From the NCBI GenBank assembly GCA_951406725.2, contig OX597821.1, positions 4,278,001 through 4,342,000 on the forward strand: DNA of 64,000 bases. Direction: 5' to 3'. The notes beneath the pieces were generated by a model, which ran no database searches, was not told the origin of the DNA, and worked only from the letters and a program-made list of their open reading frames with translations. This document shows positions 42,431 to 56,780 of this stretch, one piece after another. The stretch comes from Octopus vulgaris. Taxonomy: Eukaryota. The translations under genes were made by a program, and so were the position numbers. The first letter of the stretch is position 1, and each line of letters opens with the position of its first letter.

Positions 42431-42629
42431 ATCTCCTGATCATTGCAATAATCTGAAAACCTATATGCAGCCATTGATATATGAGGCGGCATACAAACAA
42501 AATAGAAGATCGATTCTTCAAATCCATGTAGTATAGGTGTTGTATACTCACGCATGTGCTTCATATAACAAAATAACCTCATTGGATTGCCATCTGCATG
42601 ATAGTATGGATCTGTGGATGAAATTAATG

Positions 42630-42672
<43 letters not shown>

Positions 42673-42702
42673 CGAGTATCTATATATATATATATATATA
42701 TT

Positions 42703-42962
42703 ATTATATAGAGGGCATTACTATACATAAATGCCACACGCTAGGAAGGATTCCTAAAGCCAAAACTGCCAAAATTAATAATTTACTTGGGTAGTTTTGA
42801 GTTTAAGAGTCCCTCCTAGCGTGTGGCATTTATGTATAGTAATGCCCTCTATGTAATATAAATAAATATATTCAAAAGAAAAATTGTTGGATGTTTCTCG
42901 TATGAGGTTTCCCGCTAACTACTTGATAAATTCGTATAAAGATTTTATCCTACCTTTAATAA

Positions 42963-42965
<3 letters not shown>
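42703..42965 (+). repeat. ~70-bp-arm inverted repeat (42703-42857) plus pseudo-LTR-type terminus
   Basis: AGAGGGCATTACTATACATAAATGCCACACGCTAGGA and its reverse complement; ends AAAGATTTTATCCT before (TA)n like the terminus at 19950-20040 (minus). Confidence 0.7.
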
Positions 42966-43022
<57 letters not shown>

Positions 43023-43485
43023 GTTTTTATATATAAAGAACGTAAATACAGGAAGGGACGAACACGGAACACAGACAAATCATTCGAAGCCTTCAATCTT
43101 CAGTCAGACACCGAATCATCATAGCAAATTTCGGCTGTTCAATTCTGATATTTGCTCCAACTCGGCCAGCCCCAAGAAAAACTAAGCTGTAAGCATTAGA
43201 TTTCTTGGTAGAAGACAAGAATGTAAACGCAAGAGACGGATGTAAATACAAGAGACGAAAACGAAATTGAAAACAGTAATGGATAAACAAAATATAACGG
43301 TGGTTGTCTTACGACTTTAGACCAAATGAGACAAAAACAACAACAACATAGCAGCTGGCGTAGAAATAATTACCTTTTCGGTAGAGGGGACACATGGGGA
43401 TACGATCGCCAACAGAATGGTTAAGAAGCAGCAGGTTGCAGGAGAGAGAGAGAAAGAGAGACAGAGAGAGAGGGAATCAAAGAGG

Positions 43486-43683
43486 GTGGAGTTTACGAAA
43501 AAAACAAAAGACAAAGACAGTTGGTGTACAAAACAAACAGATGTATTAGTATAACGCTCAGGAATAGAAAAAGTATTTTAACTTTCGAGCCTACGCTCTT
43601 CTACAGAAAGGGACACAGAAAGAAACAAGGAGAGAAACAAGGAGAGAGAAAAAATGTGTGTAGTGACTAACGATCTATCATGG

Positions 43684-43685
<2 letters not shown>
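43486..43685 (-). mobile_element. Short repeat with minimal HHR-like motif, related to 10671-10890
   Basis: Minus strand CUUU-CUGUAGA-A-GAGC(GUAG)GCUC-GAAA-GUUA-AAA. Confidence 0.55.
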
Positions 43686-43754
<69 letters not shown>

Positions 43755-44592
43755 TTATGTATGTATGTATGTATGTATGTACGTATGTATGTATGTGTGC
43801 ATGTAAGACAGAAAATATAAATGAACAACGGTTGACTTACAGCAATTATAATTTCTTTGTAAATAAATTATACATATTCATTGATGTAAGCTATTTATTG
43901 TTCATTGATATTTCTCCATTTTCTGGCTTCTTTATATTCTTATTCTTGTTAAACTCATATTTATCTGTGTATTTACCTATAATGTATAAGCATAATATGC
44001 TTGCATATATATGCCCATGGTTAAACATAGGTGATATACCGGTAGTTTAATGGCAACTTAAATCACTTAGACTTTTATTTTAATCTCTAACTCAGCGAAC
44101 CTTGTATATATATATACATACATACATGCATACATAGACACACGCATGCTGGCATCCACACATGAAACGTACACTCTTGCGCACGCATATACATATAAGC
44201 GAATATGCATATGATGGTGTCCTTATTGACACATTTGTTTGTACCGGCAGCTGTGTGTCTGAGTCATGCATATCTATAATTTCCATTCTTAAAAGTTTCA
44301 AGTGTTACAATATTCCTGAATATTTTCAAGTTGATGTATGTAACATACAAGCAAGATTATAAGCTACCATATATACAGTGATCATAGTGCATCTCCACGC
44401 ATATTCATGTGTTAGTACGAGTGCGTGTAATGCATCTCCGTCCGCCAGTGTGCATTTTCTTTCTTTCTCATATCTAACAATCTCCGACTTCCCGGTTCCC
44501 TCTCTTTCTTTTTATCACTTTCACTTTCGCTTTCTCTCAATATATGTATACATATGTACATATGGTTTTCAATAAAAGTGCGTGTACCTGTT

Positions 44593-44728
<136 letters not shown>

Positions 44729-45839
44729 GAAGAGAGAGAAGGGAGAGGGGAGAGAGTGAAAATGAGAGACAAAGTGAGCATGAGAGAGAGAATATATATT
44801 TATTCTAATACCTATACACAAACATACATTCGAATACACACATGTATAGTTCTTTGCATGTATGTGTTGGGCGTGTGTGCGTGTATTCGAGAGAGTATGT
44901 ATATAAGAATTCCTCTACATGTATTTGTATGTTTCTCTGTTTGTTCTTCTTGTGTGTGTATGCGTGTGTGTCTGTATGTGTATGCGTGTATGTATGTGTG
45001 TGTGAATGTGCTGGGTTTTCTTTCATGTCATTTATCTTATTTCAGTAACACATTCAATATAATTCTACCCCTGGTGTTTTACTCAATCGTTAGAATATTC
45101 GACCTTCCTATCTCGGAGAAATTAATTCGTTAGTATAACTGTCATGGTGCGTTTTTCCCCCCATTGCATACATCATGTACTACGAAGATTACTTTGTCAG
45201 GTCGAATAGGAATTGAACTGACAACATGCCAAGCTCTGACTTCAAATAGCGTCCAATAAATGAAGGATGTTTTCTGGCTTCCGTCCGCGGTCAGTTCTTA
45301 ATTACGATTTACTGCCGTGTTTGTACGGAAAATGGAAACTCCGCGACAAACGGAAGGTCACACTGTATGACATATAAATACGAGGATTTCACGATGCCGT
45401 ATATATCAATATTTATACATTGAAGAATGCCAGCTGTATTTGGCATTAGTGAAATATCTTGGAGTTTTCATATTAACATCAGATAACAGTGGGAGGTTTC
45501 CTAAATATACATATGAAGAAATAAATAAATAACAAAAAGAAGTTGCTTTTATAGACTCTGTACAAATCTTCGATTTCGTCACATTTCGTATTTCCAAATT
45601 AGCACCAATAATTTTCAATTCGTATTTTATAATATTTAGTTAGCTCAACTCACACGCACACGTTCTCTTTCTCTCATTCTATTACTCTCTCTCTCTCTCT
45701 CTCTCTCTCTTTCTGACTCTCTGTCTCGTCCTTCAGAAGCTCACAAAGGAAATGAGAATATACTACTCTGTGTGTATATGTGTGTGTGTGTTTGTGTGTG
45801 TGTATGTGTGTGAGTGTATGTGTGAGTATGTGTGTGTGG

Positions 45840-45896
<57 letters not shown>

Positions 45897-46051
45897 TGTG
45901 TGTGTGATAAGAAGTATATATCCCAAAGTTTTCTGCTATTCCCACTGGGAGACCAAAGTCTTTTAGGCAAATTTGGTAAAAAAAAAGCCGAAAGAGACTC
46001 GGTGAATATATATGACCCTACTTTTATCGCTCAAATAGATGAAAGAACAAC

Positions 46052-46090
<39 letters not shown>

Positions 46091-46564
46091 TGCATACGTT
46101 ATATACACAGATGCACTCATACATACATACATACATACATACATACATACATACATACATACATACATACATACATACATACATACATACACACATAGGT
46201 ACATACATAGGTAACACACACAGACGCGCACACATATATGTTTGTATATCTATATATACTTATAACTATGTATATGTATCTGTTCATATATGTATGTACA
46301 TATATATGCCTCAGATTTTCTTTGGACACAGTCTCACACCCGGTGTTTCTATCTGTTTTGGCAGGACCTGGTAGACAGAAACACAAAAAATTGGAAATAT
46401 ATGTACTGCGATTGAATTGTTTGACTAAACCCATCAATGAGGTGTCCCAGCATGGCCGCAGTCATATGGCTGAAACATGTAACACTATTCATTCAATGGG
46501 TGGGTTGTTAACAGTACAGGGAGGGTTTTAAAAGTCCAAAAACATGTTAAATAAATAAGTATGG

Positions 46565-46642
46565 TGTCCCTGCTTCGTGGAAATTCAGTTATCGCGACCA
46601 GTCTCGGTACCAATCCCCCGCGATAAACGAGGGATCACTGTA
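46565..46642. mobile_element. Tigger/pogo-like MITE end
   Basis: CGCGATAAACGAGGGATCACTG|TA resembles a pogo/Tigger terminal repeat with TA target; partner end not found. Confidence 0.5.
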
Positions 46643-47017
46643 TGTGAAACTGGTTCATGAAGACCATTTCACAGCCCTTTTCAGTGATTGCACTTCAATG
46701 TGCTGGACGTTTCATAAGCTATGTCAATCTGCTTCTTGATGAGAACTACTTCCGGATTGTATATGTCTGAAGAATACACCGCCAACACAAAAGTAAATTC
46801 TACGAATAGACGTTTACACTACGCGAATAATTTGAATGTTTACGATGCAAAAGAACAAAGACTCATTTAGAATATCTTTAAATACATTCTTTCATAAACT
46901 ACTTAGTGTCGCACACATACATACGTATATGTATATATGATATATATATATATACACACACATATACGTACATACACACACACACACATATATGTATATC
47001 TATATGTAATAGTGCAT

Positions 47018-47640
47018 AAACAATTTATGTATTTATACACGAAAGTGGTGACCTTTGACAGGGCACCTTATATGCTAGAAAGAGCAGTTAAACCCAAAAC
47101 CGCGAATAACACCAATTTCCAAGGGAATGAAAATACAAAAAACATATCTTTGTAGCTACCCTCAAAATCCAGTTTCTGTATCAATGTGCAAAATAAATTA
47201 ATTTTCCAGCCGTACTAAAATTAATGCATATTTATGCAGCAAAAACCACCAGAAACACACGTGCTAGATACTTTTACGTCATAATTTTCAAATCCACCAC
47301 TCAAGCACAATTACCTTCGGGAGCAATTAATAATAAAAAAATTAAAACTGCTTATCAGAGAGGTTTTGACACTACGAAATTTTTTCTGCACAAATAAAAG
47401 GGGTAGAAATTTAGAAAAACGTTCAAACCGGTGGCTAGCATGTGTAATGATGTCAATAGACAACATATTTTCGTATAGACAATTTACACATTTATACACG
47501 AAAGAGCTCTCCTTTGAGCGAATACCTTATGTGCTAGAAAGAGCAGGTAAAGACCAAACCACGAATAAGTAATTTCAGAGGGAATGCAAATAAAAATATT
47601 TTTATAGTTACTCTCAAATTCGTGTTTGTGTATCAATTAT
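47018..47640 (-). mobile_element. Diverged tandem (~460-bp period) of the 27141/49140 pseudo-LTR family
   Basis: ACAATTTA...TTTATACACGAAAG and TGCTAGAAAGAGCAG-TAAA occur twice; TTTTCAAATCCACCACTC shared with 49410. Confidence 0.65.
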
Positions 47641-47662
47641 TTTCACATTGTATATATATATA

Positions 47663-47925
47663 TGTCCGGATGTTTTGCGTTTTTGTCCCATTTTGTAATC
47701 GGTTATCTCAATAAGGGACCGTGTGTGTCTCGTTGCCGATTTTCTGTCTCCGTCTTTCCTTCCTTGGACTTTTCCTTTTTACTCTATTTCTGACGGAGAG
47801 CTCCGCTCGAATCGTTAAATCCTCCTTCTTCTTTCATTTCCTGAGCGCCCAATAACACCATACTTGTTCCACGTCCTCACGTTGTTGCGTTTTCTATTTG
47901 TTCATGTCTGGATTACCTTTATATA
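47663..47925 (+). mobile_element. Short TA-embedded repeat with mutated minimal HHR motif
   Basis: CTGACGGAGAGCTCCGCTCGAATCGTTAAA at 47790-47819; homolog of 41002-41036. Confidence 0.6.
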
Positions 47926-47926
47926 A

Positions 47927-47969
<43 letters not shown>

Positions 47970-48691
47970 GTTTATATTACGTACTGTTAATTTGATATTA
48001 TATCTTGCATTGGTGATATATTAATGAATGTGTAGTGTTTTATTATTAGCTTTTCAATGATAAAATAATTTATTTCACTCATAAAAATATTATTAAATTA
48101 ATTGCAGTCGTGTTTTATTTGGGAAAATTTTTATAAGGCTTGAACATTCATTATAGTGGTATCTATGGAAGACCGGTGGGATTATTATATATATATGGAT
48201 TGATCGCAATTTACCAAATAATTTAGTTATTGCAGTTTACTATTACCACCGATAGAATGTACGTTGGTTTATGTATCTCTTTCTTGTAGTTATATTACAG
48301 TTTGTGTTTAATCCTGCCTATATATTGATTGATTAAAATAATGTGGTTAGTAAGCTTTTATTTTATATTTCACTACGAAAGACACAACAGACATTTCTGT
48401 TAAATTGTGTCGCTGTTTAGTTACGTATTTAGTGATTGCTGTAATTTACTTATTGTATTTATTTATCGATAGGGCTGTACATAGAGTAAATGTGTTTGAA
48501 AGTTGTGGATTTTTCGATTTGTTTTATCACGAATAACACTTACTTTAATGCTGTCGAAATCACCGGATTCAATGTTACTGGCTATGTGTCGAAAACATAA
48601 CGATCCTCGTGGGGCAGCTCATGATGGAGGTATGTTGGATTGTTGGTATGGCTGTAGAACATATATATATATATTGCACATGCATACAAGT

Positions 48692-48910
48692 GTGAAGGCG
48701 TTGCTCCTGTTCAATCAACTGTAGAAATGAGTTGCGACGTCACTGGTGTCAACTTGCGTCGGCTTTTGCATTTCCCTTGAATAACCTCGGTGATGTGGAT
48801 ATAGTATGCTTGAGCGACTGCTGTTCTTGCATAAACAAATTTGCCCGGATTCGTACCTCGGAGGGCAAATTTGTGGGAGCAACCCCATGGTCATTAATGA
48901 CCGGAAAGGA
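48692..48910 (+). mobile_element. Internally deleted family B SINE
   Basis: GTTGCTCC...CTGTAGAAATGAGTTGCGACGTCACTGGTG...CCCTTG-ATAAC...CCCATGGTC. Confidence 0.75.
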
Positions 48911-49089
48911 AACTTTACTGTTTTACACTTGGCATACATACAATACACACCCAAACACACATACACACTCACACACAGAAACACACACATACAGATGCAA
49001 AAATACGCACACATACAGGCATATGTATACGTATTCATACACATATATATAATATATACATATATATAATATATATAGATATATATAAT

Positions 49090-49139
<50 letters not shown>

Positions 49140-49147
<8 letters not shown>

Positions 49148-49607
49148 CATATAAAAGATGGCCATAATAGGACATCTGTCTCACTAGAAAGAGCAGTTAA
49201 ACTCCAAACCACTAATAGTTGTAATTCTGAAATGGAAAGATAAATAAAAACCTTTGCCCTATCTTTCCTGGACTGTGCATAGTTTCGTCAATCTTTTTGT
49301 AAATGAAATAAAGTTATTTACGATTGGCGTTGCCTCTTCAGCAGAAAGCCAAGGCTAGCATATAGGCACGAGGCGATAAGACCCATGCCTCGAGTCTCTA
49401 TGCTATAACTTTTCAAAATCCACCACTCTCGCGCTGTTTCTCAGCAGTAACTATAACTGCCGATTCAATTTCAAAATTAGCCAAAAAATCCTTTTATCAT
49501 TAATTAATAAAGTTTAGGGTAGCAAAAAATTTTTAGAAAAATTCTCCGCTACCAGCGGTCAAGTGAGAAGGAATAAATAGTCAATAGACTATGTAATTAA
49601 TGATAAA

Positions 49608-49610
<3 letters not shown>
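49140..49610 (-). mobile_element. Single pseudo-LTR unit of the 27141 family, flanked by (TA)n
   Basis: CTAGAAAGAGCAG, TTTGCCCTAT, AGGGTAGCAAAAAATT and CCAGCGGTC blocks match 27141-27990. Confidence 0.7.
49265..49347 (-). ncRNA. Type I hammerhead motif
   Basis: UUUCUG-CUGAAGA-GGCAA...UUGAC-GAAA-CUAUGCACAG-UC/CAGGAA: canonical core, 6-bp stem I, near-palindromic stem III. Confidence 0.7.
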
Positions 49611-49658
<48 letters not shown>

Positions 49659-50459
49659 CACACATAAATTCATACAGGACACATAGATTCATATATATAT
49701 ATATATATGTTTATATATTTATGTTACACGTGGACTTGCATAAATCAATGTGCGTATGTGCCTATGTATGTGTGTAAACACAAGCTGTTTTAAAAAGTAA
49801 CGCTGTTTCGATTGCCAACGGCTCTGATGTTTCAACAATCCATATATTCGAACTAGCACGTTATTATTATCATCATCTTCATCTTTATTATTATTATTAT
49901 CATGATTATTAATATCATTATTATTATTATCGTTGTTCTTTTTATGTTATCATTATTATTACTATTATTTACTATTATTACTTCTCCTGCTCCTAATACT
50001 AACACTAACAATACACTTAATGTTATTAGTACAATCGTAACTCTATTTTTAGTGCGCAGGCAAAATTTTGGCAACACTTAAACTTCCGGTTGACCACGGG
50101 AGCATTAACCCCCCTTCAACGAGAATTTATTAAAGAGAGTTCTGTATTTATCTAGTCATCAATAAAAATGTGTACTGAGTGAAAGCCACTTATAATCTCG
50201 AGTCGAGGAATTTACATCTGTTGGTGGATTTAGCATATATATTCAGGAAGTCAGCCAACAGTAAGATTTGTCTGTTTGCCCAGAAATACATTTTCGTATG
50301 GTTACGAGCCAAGCCAAGTCGAAGGATTCTTATCGCAAGATAATCAACTTGGGAGAAAATTGTGCTGCGCTTTATTGTCCGGCCTGCACAAGAATGACAT
50401 TCACATACGTATATATGTCTCTGTGTGTGAGTGTATGTGTATATATATATATTATACAT

Positions 50460-50494
<35 letters not shown>

Positions 50495-50551
50495 GACACA
50501 CATAAACATTGATACATAGATAGACAGATAGATAAATAGATAGATAGATAA

Positions 50552-50596
<45 letters not shown>

Positions 50597-50687
50597 CATA
50601 CAGATAGATAGATAATAGGTAGGTAGGCAGATAGTTAGATTGAGAGGTAGATAAAGGTGTCTGAATGTGTGTAGGTGTGTATCTGTG

Positions 50688-50753
<66 letters not shown>

Positions 50754-50863
50754 ATATATCTATGTAAATATATATACATATATATTTACATATATCTATG
50801 TATATATATATATTACACACAGTATACATACACACACATGTACACACACTCACACACACACAT

Positions 50864-50914
<51 letters not shown>

Positions 50915-51771
50915 CATTTACATATAAGAAAATGTCCTTATTGAGCAGGGGGGAGGGAAGCATAACTCAGTTTGTATATGCATGTACATATGTACCACTG
51001 CATCCTTGCATGTGTACCTTTCAAAATATATATGAAAGTATTTCTCATGTTGGCTCTAGTACATTGACCGTGTGTGATTCTCTCTATATATGTGTGTGTG
51101 CGTATTATATATGTACGTTTGTAAGCAAACAATCACATACACGCACCGACGTCTGCATATTAGTATATATGTATATATAAGATATGAATATCAATACAGA
51201 CCATTAAAATATCATCTGCATGACTCATTAGAATATCTATATTTGTCAAATATAGATAAGTGTACAGGAAAAGAGAAATTTTAATAACAAGCATAGATTT
51301 GAACAGAGGCGTACAAGAGCAGACTGATTTTTATGTGCATATACACTAACTCACGCTGCCTGACAGATGCACATCTATATGCAGACATTTCACATTAGCA
51401 TATACATGCACAATTGCATAATTATTTTGTGTATTGCTCTTCAAATGCGTTACTTCAATTTACTGCCAACGTGTTACTACTTGTTGACAACGTTATCGCA
51501 TTAGTAATTATCATCTGAAGCTTCCGTTAGTGTATGTATAGATTCGTATGTATATGAATATGTAAGTAATTTTTTTTAAAAATTTAGATGAAATACAATA
51601 ACAAAGTCAACGTAAAGTATACTAGCCATCTCAATATGGCTAAGCACTAAGGGTGGGTGTTACTGTAGCTTTTTAGCCCCAGGAGATCATCGTCTCCAGC
51701 TGGCTTTAGGCACACTTTCTGTGCCTTTATGGTATTTGGAAAGGGAGGTCATCCCTCTCTCGTAAACCTAA

Positions 51772-51830
51772 GTGACACGCACGGACTGCAGTTTCTAGGT
51801 ATTTGCCTGTCTTCGGCGTACGGCAGTCAC
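51772..51830 (-). ncRNA. Type I hammerhead ribozyme (U4C core variant)
   Basis: GUGAC-UGC-CGUACG-CCGAAGA-CAGG(CAAAUA)CCUA-GAAA-CUGCAG-UC/CGUGCG-U-GUCAC; site between 51784 and 51783. Confidence 0.75.
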
Positions 51831-52125
51831 CGGTTTACGATGAAAGGGAGACCTGTTTGCAAATACTTATAGGTTTTTCTAGTAACTTCCGTCACTGATT
51901 TCGAAAAACTTTCTGCAAGCAATAATAAATATCTGAACGAGATGTAAACAGTAACTGCTCGACAACATAAAGTATACTAGCCATCTCAATATGGGTAACC
52001 ACTAAGGGTGGGTGTTACTGTAGCTTTTAGCCCCAGGAGATCATCGTCTCCAGCTGGCTTTAGGCACACTCTCTGTGCCCTTATGGTATTTGCAAAGGGA
52101 GGTCATCCCTCTCTTTTAAACCTAA

Positions 52126-52184
52126 GTGACACGCACGGACTGCAGTTTCTAGGTATTTGCCTGTCTTCGGCGTACGGCAGTCAC
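52126..52184 (-). ncRNA. Type I hammerhead ribozyme (U4C core variant), second copy
   Basis: Identical to 51772-51830; site between 52138 and 52137. Confidence 0.75.
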
Positions 52185-52654
52185 CGGTTCGTTCAATTTC
52201 GCCAATATAAGATTTTTCTTGGCAACGGTGTTTATCATGAGGCAGAACGATATTAATGACTGTATACGAGAGAAAGATATAAAGACACGTTTCACATAAA
52301 TTTGTGCAAATTCTTTTCCCTGCATCTGAATTAGCGTTAACTATGAATAACGGAAGTCTTGATCTTGGACTTCATTACGCATGTTTTCTTTATTCGCCAC
52401 GAGATCTCAAAGGTATCTCATTATTTCTTTGACAAGCAGAATGTGCTTGGCATGGGATTTTTCATTGAGAAAGTCACCGTTGGTTTCAGTTGTCTTCTTT
52501 CGGATTTTTTTTACGAATCCCTATCTTCTCAGCTTCATACAGCGAAGCTCGCCACTTCCTAACTTAACAATCAAAATATAAACAAAAGGAAGAATGCAAT
52601 AAAGTGTTCTCTGCAACAGTTTATGATTCCACCAATTCGCAATACTCTATTGTA

Positions 52655-52865
52655 TTGGTTTCAAATTTTGGCACAAAGCAGCAATTTTGTGAATGAGGAT
52701 AAGTTGATTACATTGACGCCCCCGTGTTCAAGAGGAACTTATTTTTTCGATCCGAAAGAACGGACGCCAAATCGATCTCCACAGAATTTTATCTCAGAAT
52801 GTAAAGACGGACTAAATGCCGCTAAGTATTTTGCTTGGCCTGCTAACGATTTTGCGAGCGAGTCA
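52655..52865 (-). mobile_element. Degenerate family A SINE
   Basis: CCGCTAAGTATTTTGC...GCTAACGATT and GTTGATTACATTGAC blocks. Confidence 0.65.
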
Positions 52866-53372
52866 CGTTATCAAGAACTAGTATATTAATTATCCATTTG
52901 AGTTAGAGCGGATCTCCGTGGAATCCGGTTACTAAGCAGACGGAATGAATTCTACAATACAATTTGTCCGATGCGCTAGAAATATGTTAAACTCGCCACT
53001 CACCAGTTTTTATCGAATGGGTTTAGGTGGTTCTTTCTAACCCACTTCTAGAATGATACTGTATGTAAAAGTGAGTTTAGAAGGATATATTATCCAGGTG
53101 GATACCGTGTTAGCACTCAGTTAACGGCTAACTACAACGCTCAGTATCCAACATCTGTGTTTACAATTATTTGTTACTCATTCTGTAAATTCTTCCGTTG
53201 GGTAATTCTGTGTGTCCTACGCTGGACTGTAATTTTTTCCCAGGAGTATATATCATATTAGTATTAATAATAAGGAGTATGGATATTTTTATATTTAAAA
53301 ATTTTATTCTATATTCATATGTATATTATATTTAACATACAGCATATTAACATAATATGGCGTATATGAATG

Positions 53373-53428
<56 letters not shown>

Positions 53429-54810
53429 TACACACAGACATATCAGTGAGTGGATGGAGTACGTGCGTGTGTTGGACGGTATGTCTGGAGGTCATAAACA
53501 AACGTTGTTGTGTTTATGACCTCACAACTTGATAACAGGTATTGGATTCGTTACGTCCCAGTGACTGTCCGTTTCGGAGTTTGAGACCAATGAAATAAGT
53601 TCCGGGTCGATATGTGTGACCAAACGCTTCAAGGTAGTCCCGGAGCATGTCCGTAGTGCAAAGGCTGAAACGAGTTAAACATAAATGATGAAAATTCGAT
53701 ATACATGAAAGATGACATAGTTATTGCAGGAAAGCATTTGATAATACGTATTCATGATCAGAAGTTAGCTAACATCAAGGAATACAAATACTTCTTGTGC
53801 ATTTAGAATACCCATTATTCTTTATTTGCTTTATATATATGGTGCACTCCATATTGGCATCTAGTTATTTAGCCGCAAACATAAAAACATTAACTATAAC
53901 AATAAAATATTTTCAAGACTATATTGGTGATGAGGAAAAGTTTAAATCTCGATAATTTATATCAGCAAACGTAGAATAAATAAAGAATATCGCGTGTGAA
54001 TTTGAATACAGTACCTCGATAATGTGCAAGATTATATAATGTTATCTAAATAAAGAATCAATTTCTATGACTACTGTATTACAACAAATACGCCAACAGC
54101 CAGCATAACAGAAATTACAGATCATTGTGTGTCTCGTTAAACTAGGTTCCACTTCGAGCAAATTGTTTGTTAAGTCAGTTACATTGTTTGCGTGGAATAA
54201 CAATTTCATAAGTTTATATAGACTTGAAAGTGTTAAAATTTTCTTCTGCACTTTCACAAAGTTGTTATCACTACTTTACTGTACTCTGTTCACGAAAGCA
54301 TACTAAAATTTATCTACTTTTCTTCCAATAGAAGGGACAGATCTTAAGTTATTTCTAATACAATTCTGGCCATTATAAGAGGTTAAAGCCATTATAAATC
54401 GCATCAGAGAAGTTCAGTTCAGGACTTCATCTTCTGCCTACTTGCTCCTGCTTCAAACTCCTCAAGTTTCCATCCATCCACTCCCATCAGCGCTTTTTAC
54501 TTTAGCCACATTCAGCATCTATTTATTCTATATCATTTGTTATTATGTCTAAATATATTACACGGAAAACAAGCACAAACATTCCTATCTATATAATGCA
54601 GAAAGATCAGAAGGAAATTTAATTTCATTACAATTCTAAGTCTTTTCAAGCATGAACAATCACTTTTTCTTACTTCACTGCTTGTACAGACATCCGACCA
54701 TGCGTTCAACCGTTCTGCTGGCCATTTTGCCACACCTAAATTGATATACGTATTTCCAAACACATATAGGGAAATAGATATATAGGTAACATATTCATAA
54801 GTTGAAACAG

Positions 54811-54841
<31 letters not shown>

Positions 54842-55049
54842 CATTTGTATGTGTATATCTGTATGGATTGTGATGTGCGTGTGTATGCGATTTAAATATA
54901 TATATATATATATATGTCTGTGTGTGTGTATGTATTTGTGTATGTATGTATATATACTCACGCACACAAACACATACAAAGGTTTGTTGATAGGCGCGTA
55001 AGTAAATACATATCACATAGACAAACGTTCAAAGAGAAAATCACACACC

Positions 55050-55187
<138 letters not shown>

Positions 55188-56698
55188 CACATAATGCCCT
55201 TTACATAAGGATTTACATAGTGCATATGTGCATTCATAATACATCTGCTCTACAGGAGGAAGCACACAGTTATATATCCACAAACACACACACACACATG
55301 TATATATGTGTGTATAAGTACATATAAGTTTCTTCGTGTGTAGATGTGTGATCTCACACGTAGCCATCCAAAATAAATATGTATCTATGTATCTTCCTAA
55401 TAAGACTAAATTTGGACAACTATTTAGTAGCTGCCATTAAAATTCTCCGCTCTAGTTTATTTTTGGCTAAATCTGTACAAACATTAGTGTCTTCTGTCAT
55501 TATCATCTCGGCTCGACTGTCTGATGCAATGCTACAAAGATTCCAGAAAACTCCATTAAAATACCGAATGGAAAACGAATGGTTCCTAACAAAGTCTAAT
55601 AAAGAAATAGACGTTTTAATAGGTTTTGTTTTATTCTTCGTCTTGAAATAAATTAAACCGGCGTTCTTAGAACATTTTAAAATGATTGATTAATCATCTG
55701 CTTCCCTCTGCATTTATTTGTGTGGGTATTTATCTATTTTTTATGTTATTTTTCCCGTTCTTGAAGTTGTTGTTGTTGCTGTTGTGCTTGTGGTTGTTTG
55801 AATGAAAACGACTTACGTCATTCGAGAGAGAGAGAGAGAGAGAGAGAGAGACGGGGAGAGGAGAAGGGGAAAAAAATTAATGTGTGCTTTTATTGTGGCA
55901 CTTATGTGAGAAATCAAAATCTTCAAATTTAGGATAAAAAAAGACATATAAATACAAAGGAAAATGACTAAATATTAAAACATCTTAATCCCCTTTGATT
56001 TTTGGTCTGTTTTTTTTTCTCATTATTATTCGTTTATTTTTTGTTACTTTGATATCTCTCTTCTTTCTTCCCTTTCATCTCCAAATGGCATAATCTATAT
56101 TTAGTTCCATAAATAGAAATGTTATTGAAAGGGACTTAATTTATAATTTATATAAGTAGCTGAGTGTGTCTTTGTATTTTAATATTTTATACTGTGGCTG
56201 CAAAATAGGTTTGATATTTCATGTCTTCTATAATACTGAATCGGGTTGTATTTCCCATTTAAATAATTCCAGAGCAATCATATTGACAAATTCTATCACT
56301 TGGCGTTCAGAGAATAAGAGAAACCAACATTTCAGTATGTCATTAGAAAGCGTCTGACTTTCCAAACGTCGGAGAACACACTAATTGCAGTGTTCTTTAT
56401 GTTTAGTCTCTACTTTCAAGGACAAACTGCCTTTGGCCTAACATCCTTTATATCAGGCATTGCATCATTATATATATCAGACATTGCATTATAGAAAATA
56501 ATTATTCTAGTTATTGCAATACATCCATTTACCCCGAGATCTGGAAAAGACAATTTATTTTGCTCCCGGCCTACAAAGATTTAATAGTACTTCCCTAAAC
56601 TTCTTGTAAATTCTATATTAATAGAAAGCCTGAATAACTGAGCAGCATGACACGATCACAAAAGATCACTGTTATGAATAACTTATGTATACACACAC

Positions 56699-56760
<62 letters not shown>

Positions 56761-56780
56761 ATGTGTGTATATATATATCT

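Larger units (their letters stand above)
51613..52188 (-). mobile_element. Retrozyme-like head-to-tail repeat (~354-bp period, two HHRs)
   Basis: TAAAGTATACTAGCCATCTCAATATGG at 51613 and 51968; non-coding and hairpin-rich; homologous to 26506-26858. Confidence 0.8.

Noticed and set aside
47150-47260. Expected hammerhead position in the 47-kb pseudo-LTR copy
   Set aside because: Core too degenerate to call
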